DNA of 64,000 nucleotides, from the NCBI RefSeq assembly GCF_006345805.1, contig NC_043004.1, positions 104,160,001 through 104,224,000 of the forward strand. Direction: 5' to 3'. The position numbers and the translations under genes are program-made. Below the pieces are notes generated by a model. That model saw nothing but the letters and a program-made list of their open reading frames with translations, was not told the origin of the DNA and made no database searches. The stretch comes from Octopus sinensis (Eukaryota). Positions 1 to 12,433 of the stretch are shown in pieces (the stretch's first letter is position 1; the number at the start of each line of letters is the position of its first letter).

Positions 1-95
1 ATGGAGGAATAACATCACCATCACTAGTGATCACTCCATATACCATGATGTTGACTGGATGTTTGATTTTTATTACTCTCGGTACATGTCCTCAG
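1..95 (-). mobile_element. Tc1/mariner-superfamily (maT/rosa-like) transposase fragment, truncated by window edge
   Basis: Minus strand reads GHVPRVIKIKHPVNIMVYGVITSDGDVIPP, resembling the K(H/F)PxxxMVxGVxxSxGxVxPP block of Tc1/maT-type transposases; stop codon just upstream. Confidence 0.55.
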
Positions 96-330
96 ACTGC
101 ATCCAAACACTCTGAAATGTTTGTACTGGAGCTTCCAGCATGAATGCCAGGCAGTATAGAATGTTGATTCCAAATTTCTAGCAGAGTGAATTGTATCATG
201 GTGCTGTTTTTCTCACAGACGGTGCCCAACTGACCCTACTATACTGTGTAGTTGACAAAATCAAAAACAAACAATGTGCATGTGCAAAATTAAAAATTAA
301 AAATGGCGACAATTTACCCACCACACCATG

Positions 331-382
<52 letters not shown>

Positions 383-891
383 GAGTGTGTATGTATGTAT
401 ATATATATATATTAAAATGATTCACAATCAAAGGTGCAGAACTGGTGTACTCCGAATGAATAAGGTGATGTAATCCAATGGTAGAGAGAGAGATCCATAA
501 ATAAGATGCTCCAAAACTGACAGAAGGATGGGAGTCTATGTGAGCGTGCAGTAAATAGTCAATTCAAAAAAAAAATGAGAAAACAAACAAACATGAGGAC
601 ACAAAACAAGTAATGTATTAATATAATGCTCGGAGAAAGAAGAGAGTTGTTGTTTTATGTTTCAAGCATAGCTCTTGATATGTTTCAAGCATAGCTGGAA
701 GCGGGAAAAGCAGGAAATCCAAAGGGAAAGAAGGAAGGAGAAATATCTATACATAATAAATATATATATATATATACAAGTTCAGCAAAATTTAGATGCA
801 GATGAATATGGTACTTAAGTTAAAGGCACCAGAATTTTGTATGGTATTATTCATATAAATCAAATGGCATGATTATAATTTGTTTATTTTG

Positions 892-924
<33 letters not shown>

Positions 925-928
<4 letters not shown>

Positions 929-1250
929 ACATGCATATATGGGTACAGGACATCACCAACATTGCAAATAACATAAAATACGTAAACAAATGAGTTAAAT
1001 ACGTAAGCAACAAGAAAAAAATGGAAAACAGGACAAGTAAACACAGAGAAAACACCTTTCATCAGTTGTTTGCTGTCTATCTACTCCTCATTTCGAGCAT
1101 TCAACGACAATACGAGCCTTCAAAGACAGTTGCTCCCATAAATTCTAAAACAGAATTTAAGATTTAAGGAGGGTCAAAGTTGGGAACAAAAACATGACAG
1201 TGGAGACATACAAGGAAACCGAACATAAACAAACATGGAGGGTCGTTACA
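925..1250 (+). repeat. Dispersed unclassified repeat (Penelope-like terminal-repeat style); related copies about 7207-7425 (+) and 55075-55345 (-)
   Basis: Shared ggtacaggacac...cttcwtcagttgt...tctactcc(g)c(g)ttt(c)ga blocks in three copies, each next to (TA)n. Confidence 0.4.
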
Positions 1251-1407
1251 CACACACATATATATATGTGCATGTGTGTGTGTGTGTGTATATATATAAT
1301 ATAAATATATGCACATGTATATATGTATATATATATGTTCTGTAATATATCTATATATATATATATATTATTATATATAATATATATATTATATATATAT
1401 ATATAAA

Positions 1408-1908
1408 TATAGAATGGTTGTATACTGTCAATCTAACAAGAATGTGACAGTAGGGGGTACACCACTGTTGTATAGCCCTAGGAGGCATCGAACGCCTCCT
1501 GACAGCTTCGACACATTTTTTCCCTGTGTCCTTATATACATATACGAAGGGGAGGCAAACACCCCCAACCGCCAGAACTGCATCTAGGGACACCGTGTTT
1601 CAGGATCCTGAAACATGGTGTCCCTAGATGCAGTTCTGGCGGTTGGGGGTGTTTGTCTCCCCTTCATATATGTATATAAGGACACAGGGAAAAAACACCG
1701 TGTTTCAGGATCCTGAAACATGGTGTCCCTAGATGTAGTTCTGGCAATTGGGGGTGTTTGTCTCCCCTTCATATATGTATATAAGGACACAGGGAAAAAA
1801 TGTGTCGAAGCTGTCAGGAGGCGTTCGATGCCTCCTAGGGCTATACAACAGTGGTGTACCCCCTACTGTCACGTTCTTGTTAGATTGACAGTATACAACC
1901 ATTCTATA
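1408..1908. repeat. Fold-back inverted repeat (198-bp arms) with internal 105-bp tandem duplication
   Basis: 1408-1605 is the reverse complement of 1711-1908 with few mismatches; 1591-1695 and 1696-1800 are direct copies; centre tttcaggatcctgaaa. Confidence 0.95.
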
Positions 1909-2001
1909 GCCCCACCACCGTACAGGTCTCTACGAGAGATTTAGAAATTCAATATTTCTTATATAAATATATATATATATATAAATTATATATATATATA
2001 T

Positions 2002-2250
2002 ATGTGTGTGTGGAGGCGCATTGGCCCAGTGGTTAGGGCAGTGGACTCGCGGTCGCAGGATCGCGATTTCTATTCTCAGACCGGACGTTGTGAGTGTTTA
2101 TTGAGCAAAAACACCTAAAGCTCCACGAGGCTCCAGCAGGGGATGGTGACGATCCCTGCTGTACTCTTTCGCCTCAACTTTCTCTCGGGGTGGCGTCATT
2201 TGAAGGCTGAAACAATGCAAAGCGCATTGTGACCAGCGATGTGTAACAAC
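2002..2250 (+). mobile_element. tRNA-derived SINE; related copy about 62425-62570 (-)
   Basis: Pol III A-box-like tggcccagtggttag and degenerate B box, shared body gtttattgagcaaaaacacctaaagctccacgaggctc, tail ggctgaaacaatgcaaag. Confidence 0.7.
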
Positions 2251-2637
2251 ATTTTATATGTATGTATATCTATATGTATGTCGTTGATCTTATATCAGTA
2301 AATGACTAAATGCAAAATAGTATTTGCATTATGACTTTCATAAGTTTACAGCAGTTTCCATTACAGGAAGCAGTGCACTTGAGGCTGAATGCAAGTGAAA
2401 ATCTGGTAGACATTAAAATGAAGTATCTGTTTATTGTGGAAAGCTTACACTTCATCTAAATGGCTCTGAGGATGCTATATCACATGGCCACTCAGCTCTG
2501 AGTACTGCACTTATTGTTGTTGAAACTGATCTGTATGCACCTGGTAACACTTTACTCCAGGACATAAGTATACGGACTTTTAATTGGTTAGAGCTCAATA
2601 TATATATATTGCCATACCTAAGCTATACCTAAGCATA

Positions 2638-2678
<41 letters not shown>

Positions 2679-3074
2679 TTTTAGTATTTTCGAAGAAAGT
2701 TGGCACATAAAGTTTTTTATTTGCTGCCGACGATAACTGCACTTGTGCAGTGGATTTGAAAAATTATAATGTATAAAGATGGTGCATGTGCTCTCTTCTT
2801 GCCCCATAATTATATGTAATCTAGTGGCCCTTGTTGATGAAGGACACAGATAAACAGATTATTTTATTTGTTCACTAATGTCCGAAACCTAGGTACGAGT
2901 GATAACCCTTGAAAATGATTTTATTTTTCATCCCCTTTGAAATTTGCTCTTAACTGTGGTCTGGATTTTGACTGTTGCTTTTAGCATTGAAGGTGTCTTG
3001 TTAAGGGTAACCTCTTTTGTGTATAAATGTCCCAGCTCAAATGTCCTTCTTATATTTAATGTTAATTAAATTAA

Positions 3075-3495
3075 TCTCTGGAAGATCCTGGAAGGACTTG
3101 TCCCAAACTTTGGCATCGAGAGTTACACAAATACCAGAACTGGGCGCCACTGCATCGTGCCAAGGGCTCCAAATTTGCCATCAAGATGTAGGACAAGATA
3201 CTGTGATAGCCTGGGCTTCAGAGGTCCACAGCTCTTCAATATCCTCCCGAAGGACCTGAGAAACCTGCATGGGGTGGATGCAGATGTCTTTAAAATGAAA
3301 CTGGATCTCTTCCTGTCAGGTGTCCCAGATGAACCAACTTCACGGCAGGAGGTGCAGATGAGGGCAGCTGCATCGAACTCTCTCATGCACCAAATGGCAA
3401 ATGCTAAAAAGTATTCGTGAAGTAAAATCATGTAGCAACACTGAATGGCGGTACCCCAGCATGGCCACAGCTCATGAGCTGAAACTAGATAAAAT
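3075..3495 (+). mobile_element. 3' end of a CR1/L2-group (Jockey-superfamily) LINE: RT C-terminus plus 3'UTR
   Basis: WKILEGLVPNFGIESYTNTRTGRHC...SLGFRGPQLFNILPKDLRNLHGVDADVFKMKLDLFLSGVPDEP...RAAASNSL, a typical post-RT tail; ends in stem-loop cagctc-at-gagctg then gaaactagataaaa. Confidence 0.75.
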
Positions 3496-3714
3496 TTTAA
3501 AAATATAAGAATATATATATAAAATATATAATTAAATTAATATTCAATTTATCACCCTCATTATTTAAATTTTTAAATAACTATGTTCTCTAACCAGCAA
3601 CATTCACTGCAGTGAATTATCTTCTGCAGAACTGTTCCCGGGATTTAGCGTGCCAGAGCTGAGACATTTGAAAATAACCCCAATGTAATTTGTAGAACTG
3701 TACACACGTTTAAT

Positions 3715-4110
3715 TTTAGACTGAGGAAGACATGGGACAAAGTGGTGAGAAAGGATCTTTGGCCCACACTGAAGAAATGACAAGGGGCCAGAAGATGTGG
3801 CAAACTGCTTAATACAACATGTCAAGCTATGTAAAATTGCTGTCATCCATACATATAGGCTTGTCCTTTCAGATGCTGGTGCTGTGTTAACACACCCACG
3901 CTGATGCTGCATGAGTGCACCCATGCCGGTGGCACATAAAATGCACCCAGCACACTGTGTTAAGTGGTTGGCATTAGGAAGGGCATCCAGCCATAGAAAC
4001 CATGCCACAACAGACAGTTGGAGTCTGGATAGCTCTTTGCTAGCCAGCTCCATGTCAAACCATCCAATCCATACCAGCATGGAAAGCGGATATTAAACAA
4101 CAATGACAAC
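3715..4110 (+). mobile_element. RTE-LINE 3' fragment / RTE-tail short element
   Basis: KTWDKVVRKDL codons followed by ggttggcattaggaagggcatccagc...ccagcatggaaagcggatattaaa and a (GAC/GAT)n tail. Confidence 0.7.
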
Positions 4111-4691
4111 AACGACGACGACGACGATGATGATGATGACGACGACGATGATGATAATGATGACGACGACGACGACGATGATGATGATGATGATGATATA
4201 AATGAAAATGCTGTTGAGCCCCATTTCAGTTCTTATTTAGTCCACCTATGAACAAAATCATTCTAGACATAACGACCTTGTCTTTTATTTAGCCACAATG
4301 TATCAAAGAGGACATTATCTAACATGTCCATCTTTTTAGTATGACAATAAGGTGTGGCTTAAGGGAAATTCGCTTGCAGTTTTTAGCAGAGTGAGTTTCT
4401 CCATATTTTTCTAGATAGATGTGTGTGCATATACTTATGAAGGAAGGTGTATCTGCTTGCCCGTAGATTGCAGGTGCATTTCTAGTGAACATACGTCCAA
4501 CCCATGCCAGCATGGAAAATAGACGTTAAATGGGGATGCTGTTGATGATGAGATGTAAGATATTATATATCTTTGTGTGTGTGTGTGTGTGTGTGTGTTT
4601 AAAGATGCTTATTTATAAATACATATGGTGTTTCCATTTAGAGTTAATATAAGTTTTTAAAAGTTGAGGTGTGTAGATTCTCTGCTATGGG

Positions 4692-4733
<42 letters not shown>

Positions 4734-6110
4734 ATGCGCATGTGTTTCATGATCAAATGTTTATATTTGTAAGCTTGCAGGTGTACATAAAAATATATAT
4801 ACATTGTTTATATACATACATACACACATATATATATATACATTATTTATATACATACGTACCTACATACATACATACATACATATATATATATATATAT
4901 TATATATATATACGTATGTATGTATATATGTGTGTGTATATACATACATACATACATACATACATACAAACATACATACATACATATACATACATATATA
5001 TATATATGGTGGCTAAATTTGTCGAAAATATGTTTTGAGTGAGTATATGGTATGCAGGTGTATATCAACATGTGTATACATGTAAGCAAATTAATTTTTC
5101 TGTATTTTAAAATGTATGAATGCATATGTGTGTATATGTGTGTATATGGGTGTATATGTTTGAATATATGTAAGTGTGTATGTGTTTGTGCATGGTGTAT
5201 GTGTGTGTGTGTGAGTTTTTGAATATATGTATATATGTGTGTGTGTGTATGAGTTTTTGAATATATGTATATATGTGTGTGTGTGAGAGATTTTGAATAT
5301 ATGTATATATGTGGTGTGTGTGTGTGTGTGTGTGTGTGTTTAGTATCAGATAGAATGATAATGAACAGATTTCACCCCCCCCCCCGCCAAAACACGAACG
5401 CTGATCGTAGATAGAGAAGTTTAAGGCTAGGAATACTGATGTACTTCGGTTAAATTAGATTGTTTTGAAGATATACAAACAATAATACAGATGCAAAAAG
5501 CACCATCTCCACCACCACCACCACCACCACCACCACCACTACCACCTATATCAGAACGATGATAATGAAAATGATGATAATGATGATGATGATGATCATC
5601 ATCATCATCATCATCATCAGTATTTTTCGTTTTTATTTTTCCTTTTATTTTTCCTTTTTATTTTCCCTGCATTTTTTTTTTTTAATTTTTATGTAAAGAC
5701 ATTTCCATACATACTTCTTATTGTTTAGCCCCAGGTTGGTCCTGACCAGGTTGACCTATGATGAAAGGTAGGCATGGCTGTGTGGTTAAGAAGTTTGTCT
5801 TGCAATAGTATAGTTCTAGGTTAGATTTACTGCTTGGTAATTTAGACCTTTGGTAATTCTCTTCTAATGCAAGTAGAAATTGGTAGAATAAAACATATAT
5901 GTTTTTATGCATTCATTTTGCAAGATTCTTGATGAGAAATTGTGTGTTGAAACAGATGTTGTTATACTTGAGGATGGTCATATTCTGCCGATTAAACACA
6001 AGCACTTGTTCTGCTCACGGAATAAGCTGAACAAGAGGAGGCACGTGACACAAAGAGTTTCTTAAGAGGTCACAGAATGTGTGAGAAAAGAGTTTTCACA
6101 AAGAAACTAA

Positions 6111-6169
<59 letters not shown>

Positions 6170-6171
<2 letters not shown>

Positions 6172-6606
6172 CACAGATAGAGAAATTAAGGCCAACAGAC
6201 CAGAATATAGTGGTCAGGATCATGAAGAAAAAATGCTTTCTAATTGATGTATCAATACCGGCAGATGCACACGTGTCTCTAAAAGAAATGGAGAAACTTT
6301 CAAAATACAAAGACCTGGAAATAGGGTAACCAGAATGTGGAATCTAAAAACAGAACAATTCCTATCATAGTAGGTGCATTAGGCATGATAAAAATTATTC
6401 AGACAAATACATAACAAAAACACCAGGACTTACAAACACATATAACATACAGAAAATTGCACTACTAGGCACTGCACACATCCTACGCAGAACACTTTCC
6501 ATACAATAACCATCAGAAGCATCACAACAATCACAGCACATACCCAAGGCACACAGAGCTGCGCTCGGTAGTGAAGTGAAAGCACGCTATAAAAATAAAA
6601 CTACTG
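6170..6606 (+). mobile_element. 5'-truncated R4/Dong-type (RLE) non-LTR retrotransposon 3' end inserted in (TAA)n
   Basis: Frameshifted HTDREIKANRP(D)IVVRDHEEK..LIDVSIP..KEMEKLSKYKDLEI..PIIVGALGMIK..QKIALLGTAHILRRTLSIQ* (PD..D..K restriction-like endonuclease); TAA runs on both sides. Confidence 0.85.
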
Positions 6607-6636
6607 AATAATAATAATAATAATAATAATATAATG

Positions 6637-6671
<35 letters not shown>

Positions 6672-6714
6672 GTTGAAGGGAAGACCAAGTATGTTATATG
6701 TGTCTTTAGTCAAC

Positions 6715-6870
6715 ATGGTTGTGTGGTAAGAAGTTTGCTTCCCAACCACATGGCTCCAGGTTCAGTCCTATTGTGTGGCACCTTGGGCAAGTGCCTTCTG
6801 CTATAACCTCGGACTAGCTAAAGCCTTGTGAGTTGATTTGGTAGAGAGAAGCTGAAAGAAACCTGTTGTA
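6715..6870 (+). mobile_element. tRNA-derived SINE family S1, head portion
   Basis: tgtgtggtaagaag...ggttcagtcc...ggcaccttgggcaagtg...aaagccttgtgag...ctgaaagaa; same head at 7636-7800, 34085-34245, 59900-60040 (-) and 63860-64000. Confidence 0.75.
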
Positions 6871-7824
6871 TATATATATATATATATATATATTCTTTTA
6901 CTTGTTTCAGTCATTTGACTACAGCCATGATGGAGCACCACTTTTAGTCGAACAAATCGACCCCAGGAATTATTCTTTGTAACCGTAGTACTTATTCAAT
7001 TGGTCTCTTTTGCCAAACCGCAAAGTTACAGGGATGTAAACATACCAACATCAACATCAGCATCAAGCGATGGTGGGGGAACAAACACAGACACACAAAT
7101 ACCTACATACATATATATATATATATATAACAAAATAATAAATAAAACATATGCATACATACATTCATATATGTACGTACCTACATCTATATATATATAC
7201 ATACATATATAGGTACAGGACACCAAAAAAACGTTGAATACAATGAGAAGCGAAAACATAAAAACAGAACTATGGAAACAGACATCTTTTTAAATATCGA
7301 AAAAAACAGGGTACAAGACATACAACACAAGGAAAAATCCCCTTCTTCAGTTGTCCCTGTTTCGTCTACTCCGCGTTTGGAAGGTAAAGGCGAGACACGA
7401 CTTCGGTGAAACGGTCCTTGTATACATATATATATATACATATATATATACATATATATATATACATATATATATACATATATATATATACTACAGACTA
7501 CACTGTAATCATCCCAGGAATACTGACTGTGATCTTAAGAGACAACGTGGTTTGTGGAAACACGTGTAGTGATGCCTTAAATGTTTATAAATTCCATTCA
7601 AGGATTATTATTATTATTATTATTATTATATTTATAGGTGCAAGAGCAGCTGTGTGGTAAGTAGCTTGCTTACCAACCACATGGTTCTGGGATCAGTCCC
7701 ACTGCATGGCACCTGGGGCAAGTGTCTTCTACTGTAGCCTCGGGATGACCAAAGCCTTGTGAGTGGATTTGATAGACAGAGACTGAAAGAAGCTCAATAT
7801 ATATATATATACATATATATATAT

Positions 7825-7878
7825 AAATATATAGCGGATGTTAAATGACGATGATCATTATCATGATCATGATATATA

Positions 7879-7925
<47 letters not shown>

Positions 7926-7980
7926 ATATATATCATGATCATGATAATGATCATCGTCATTTAACATCCGCTATATATTT
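7825..7980. repeat. Perfect palindrome (about 52-bp arms) around a (TA)n core, containing an RTE-tail end
   Basis: aaatatatagcggatgttaaatgacgatgatcattatcatgatcatgatata and its exact reverse complement ending at 7980. Confidence 0.9.
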
Positions 7981-8159
7981 ATATATAGCGGATGGTGCTT
8001 TTTACGTGCCACCAGCATGGGGGCCAGGCGAGGCTGGCAATGGCCACAATTGGATGGTGCTTTTTATGTGCCACCGGCACGAGGCCAGTCAGGGCAGCGC
8101 TGGCAACGGCCATGTTTGGGGCAACGGCCACGTTCAGTCATATATAATATATATATATA

Positions 8160-8580
8160 TGATCTTTTTACACTACAAGATCCCTTTGAATGAACATCAC
8201 ATGGAATTAATACCTGCACACTATCCATTTGCAACGACAAAATTTGAACTCCGATCGGAACTTACATAACATGGACAAGAAGCCTTTTTGCCGATTCTAC
8301 ACAACACATTCCTTGGATAATGGAACAGCAAGTTTAACATCCAAAATATATCTTTATTTTTGTTCTTATACTTCCCTTTATACTTCCTATATCTCTCCCT
8401 TTCCAAAATAACTTCTTATATTGGACCCTACTATTTCCTTCTATTTAACTCTCTCATATAGTTTCTGATGATGGGATATCTTTTATTTCTTTGAAATAGC
8501 TGTAAGACTACCCCTTCTCTTTATAAAATGTCCTAGAAATCTCACACTGCTTTGGCTTTGTTGTCTCATTTTATTTAAAC
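8160..8580 (+). mobile_element. Penelope-like terminal-repeat remnant carrying a hammerhead-like motif
   Basis: Non-microsatellite block between (TA)n and (GATA)n containing ctgatga...gaaa...gta motif at 8459-8510. Confidence 0.45.
8459..8510 (+). ncRNA. Minimal type-I hammerhead ribozyme-like motif (family B)
   Basis: UAGUUU-CUGAUGA-(degenerate stem II)-GAAA-UAGCU-GUA/AGACUA; 6-bp stem I; stem III AUAGCUGU is one change from palindrome ACAGCUGU. Confidence 0.5.
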
Positions 8581-8589
8581 TATATATGT

Positions 8590-8591
8590 AT

Positions 8592-8650
<59 letters not shown>

Positions 8651-8678
8651 GATGGATGGATGGAAGGATGGAAGGATG

Positions 8679-8774
<96 letters not shown>

Positions 8775-8775
8775 G
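8590..8775. repeat. (GATA)n/(GGAT)n microsatellite
   Basis: Direct observation. Confidence 0.95.
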
Positions 8776-9025
8776 GTATGTCCGTAGTCATCGTCATTAT
8801 CCCAACACATCATTGATATACTTTGTGGGTTCACAAGGCTACCAATGGTTTCATGAGAAGGAGAATCTCTTAACAATCATCAAGCTTGCCATACCAAAAT
8901 GTTAGTACTCATCTCCAATCTCCATTTTCAATGAGAACACCACCAACTTTTCCAGCAATGCTGTGTTGAGCATTCAATCTCACTGTTCAATTTTAGCGTG
9001 CACGCGCGTGTGTGTGTGTGTGTGT

Positions 9026-9054
<29 letters not shown>

Positions 9055-9060
<6 letters not shown>

Positions 9061-9330
9061 GATTTAATGCCTGTCGTCCATGCCAGGATGGGTTGGACGG
9101 TTTGACCAGAGCTGGCAAGCTGGGGAGTTGCACCAGATGCCAGTCTGATTTGGCAGGGTTTCTACAGCTGGATGCCCTTCCTAACACCAACAATTTTACA
9201 GAGTGTGCTGGGTCCTTTTACGTGGCACCAAACAAGCGCTTTTATGTGATGCCATATGGGTGCTTTTACATGACACACAGCACAGGCATGGTTACATGGC
9301 ACCACACGGGTACTGTGTGCATGCATGCAC
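9055..9330 (-). mobile_element. RTE-tail short element
   Basis: (CAT)n tail then gggttggacggtttgac...gctggatgcccttcctaacaccaac; other copies at 15620-15780, 27325-27545, 28610-28980, 42294-42455, 59660-59830 (-). Confidence 0.75.
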
Positions 9331-9794
9331 GCACACACATGTGTGTGTGTGTGTTTGTGTGTGTGTATGTGTGTGTGTATACCTTTTTGTGGGCATGACT
9401 TGATGGCTGTAAATAAACATTAGTGTCATATAAGCAAGGTTGTTCCTTTCTAGTCTTCTGTGAAAAGCAAATCTGGATGTGGGGAAATGCAAACTTGCTT
9501 GGAAGAAACAAGTGAGGTTCGACCACAAGAAGGACATCTGGCATCAGGAAGGACATCTGGTGACAGGATGGATATCAGACCCATGAAAATATGGGAAAGT
9601 GGATATTAAATAATAACAATGATGATGGTGCTGGCAGTGGCAGAGTCTGCAGCAACTGCAATGGTGCTGGCTGTGGTGGTGGTGGTGGTGGTGGTGGTGG
9701 TATGGGCAGTGGCAGCAGCAGCAGCAGTGGCAATGACAGTGGGGACAACAACAGCAATGGCAGCAGCAGCAGCAGCAGCTGTGCTGGCAGTGGC

Positions 9795-9854
9795 AGTGAT
9801 GATGATGATGATGATGATGATGACGACGGTGATGATGATGATGATGACGACGAC

Positions 9855-9913
<59 letters not shown>

Positions 9914-9954
9914 CGATGATGATGATGAAGATTATGATGATGATGATGAAGATT

Positions 9955-9997
<43 letters not shown>

Positions 9998-10015
9998 CGA
10001 CGACGACGACGACGA

Positions 10016-10059
<44 letters not shown>

Positions 10060-10070
10060 TGATCAATGAT
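9795..10070. repeat. (GAT)n/(GAC)n compound microsatellite
   Basis: Direct observation; source of the poly-D, poly-M and poly-I ORFs. Confidence 0.95.
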
Positions 10071-10804
10071 AATAAAAGATTGCTTCTTCTCTTCTGAAAA
10101 TTTAGAACATTTACCCAAATCTATCTCAGGATTCTACTTTAATTTCAACTCAGACATGAACAAATATGTTCATAATAAGAGGTAACTCAAATTAATATTT
10201 CCAAGAAGCAACAAACCTATATTTAATTATACACATAGATTTTTTTAAAGGATTTTTTTTTTTCTGGTGCCAAAATTCAGTCTAAGATGTAGAGATATTG
10301 AATGTGTAAGACAACAAAACATGTCTTTAATTCTAATTTTCTGTACAAGATCTTTATACTTTACTACAACTAAAACAATTATTATTAGCAGAAGCATGTT
10401 GTTGAAGATTAGGTTTTGAATTCACCAGTGCCACATACTGCATTCCAGCCTATAATTAATTCCTCTCCAGGCCTTTCTTTACATTGCATCTTTGTAATAT
10501 GTTATTGATTTCGGTGCAATGCATGTAATATTGCAGTGCAATACTGCAATATATGCAATATCATAATACAATACTGCAATAAATATTTTGAGGAAAGACA
10601 ACACCAAAGACTTGGGTCGATAGATTTGGTTGTAATTAGACCAAACACAATTATATTCTACACAGAGAGGTTGATGATAAGTTATAATCTGCTATGAGTT
10701 AGAAAGCTACATGTCACTGTGTTTTTAGCCCCAGGTCAGCCCTAAGCAATTATCAAACAGAACTATGATAAAAAATATTCTAGTATGACCACCCCATGTT
10801 TTTC

Positions 10805-11190
10805 TGAGGCACTTGTGCCCGTGCTAGTAGGGTGCCAAGAGCACCATCCAAGCGTGATCGTTGCCAGAGCGGCTAACTGGCTTCCGTGCCAGTGGCACAT
10901 AAAAGGCACCATTCGAGCGTGATCGTAACCAGCGTCGCCTTACTGGCACCTGTGCTGGTGGCATGTGTAAAAAGATTCGAGTGAGGTCATTGCCAGTACC
11001 ACCTGACTGGCACATAAAAAGCACCCACTACACTCTCAAAGTGGTTGGCGTTAGGAAGGACATCCAGCTGTAGAAACTCTGCCAGATCAAGATTGGAGCC
11101 TAGTGCAGCCGTCTGGTTTGCCAGCCCTCAGTCAAATCGTCCAACCCATGCTAGCATGGAAAGCGGACATTAAACAATGATGATGATGAT
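10805..11190 (+). mobile_element. RTE-tail short element with internal VNTR
   Basis: Repeated gtgcc(a/g)gtggcacataaaaagcacc units, then gtggttggcgttaggaagg...cccatgctagcatggaaagcggacattaaac(gat)n; similar at 11725-11910, 15930-16335, 21285-21480, 21830-22115, 30837-31135, 51955-52260. Confidence 0.75.
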
Positions 11191-11979
11191 GAATATATCT
11201 AGGACAACATTATAAGGGCTAAGTTCACATTACTCAGTAAGGAGTTTCTCTGGCATATAAATTCCTCTCTGCATGGAACACTGGTCAGTCACTGAATTAC
11301 TCATCTTTACCAGTGGAGTGGACTGGAATAATGTGAAATAAAGTGTTTTACTCAGGAACACAACGCATGGACTGGTCCAGGAATCGAAACCACAATCTTA
11401 CAATCATGAGTGCAACACCCAAACCACTTAACCACGCACCTCCACAGGACAACATTATAGTATATAACTTTCCATTGTTTAAAATGTTAGAATGTGATTT
11501 GCAAGAGATTTGACTGTTGATTCTTGGAAAAACCACACAGAGACTCTTTTGAAAGATGAATCAACTGGTCCCCAAAATGGAAGATGTTGCAGTGAATGAG
11601 CGATGCTGGATCAGTCAGGTGACAATATTGGTGGTGGTTATTTTCAATGGCAGAATGCAAAAAGAAAGTGCATGTATGAGGTGTCAACCATGTCAACAAA
11701 CCGACTTGAAGTGCATTATATATCTAGAGCATGAAAAAAGCACCATCCAATCGTGGTCGATGCCAGCTCCTCTGGCTCCTTGTGCCGGTGGCATGTAAAA
11801 AGCACCCACTACACTCTCGGAGTGGTTGGCATTAGGAAGGGCATCCAGCTGTACAAACACTGCCAGATCAGATTGGGGCCTGGTGCAGCCTCTTGGCTTC
11901 CCAGGCCCCATTAAAGTTAACGACTGTCAAACTTGGTACATAAGAAAATTAGACATTTCATTCTTAATGACCTGATGTA

Positions 11980-12029
<50 letters not shown>

Positions 12030-12034
<5 letters not shown>

Positions 12035-12230
12035 CATTCGCCATGATAGATCATTAGCCACGAAACCTCTTTCTATTTTCTCTCCCTGTTTATTTCTGTG
12101 CTCCTTTCTGACGAAGAGCATAGGCTCGAAATGTAAAAGACTTTCTCACTTCCCGAATGTTAAACTAATATATCTGTTTGTTGTTTACACACCCATCTTC
12201 ATCTTTTTTTGTTTTGCATATTCTCACTAC
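12030..12230 (+). mobile_element. Short (TA)n-flanked repeat family A (Penelope-like/retrozyme-like); reverse copies at 34560-34815 and 35102-35357
   Basis: gccatgatagatc(a/g)ttagc...tttctg..gaagagc.taggctcgaaa.gtaaaagacttt...ttcccga.tgtta.actaata.atctgtttgtt shared by three copies. Confidence 0.65.
12104..12139 (+). ncRNA. Minimal type-I hammerhead ribozyme-like motif (family A, intact core)
   Basis: CUUU-CUGACGA-A-GAGC(AUAG)GCUC-GAAA-UGUA/AAAG: stem I CUUU:AAAG, 4-bp stem II, stem III AUGU (ACGU in the other copies). Confidence 0.6.
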
Positions 12231-12433
12231 ATACATATATATATATAATATATATATATATTGTCAATATATATATATTGTAACTCACGTGGGAGGAAGG
12301 GGATGAATGCGAGGCCTCACTTGTATTTTTGAATTCGTTGGTACTGCCGGTCGAATATGGTTTGTCTGGGATTATTCATACCAGACGGGTATCTTCGATT
12401 TTTAGTGCTCTCAAATCCAAATCAAAAGAAATC

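Noticed and set aside
650-700. Family-A-like hammerhead remnant on the minus strand
   Set aside because: The CUGANGA half is missing, replaced by a 17-bp tandem duplication; dead copy
2002-2075. tRNA-like sequences (also heads of S1 and S2)
   Set aside because: A/B boxes are present but there is no complete cloverleaf and they continue into SINE bodies
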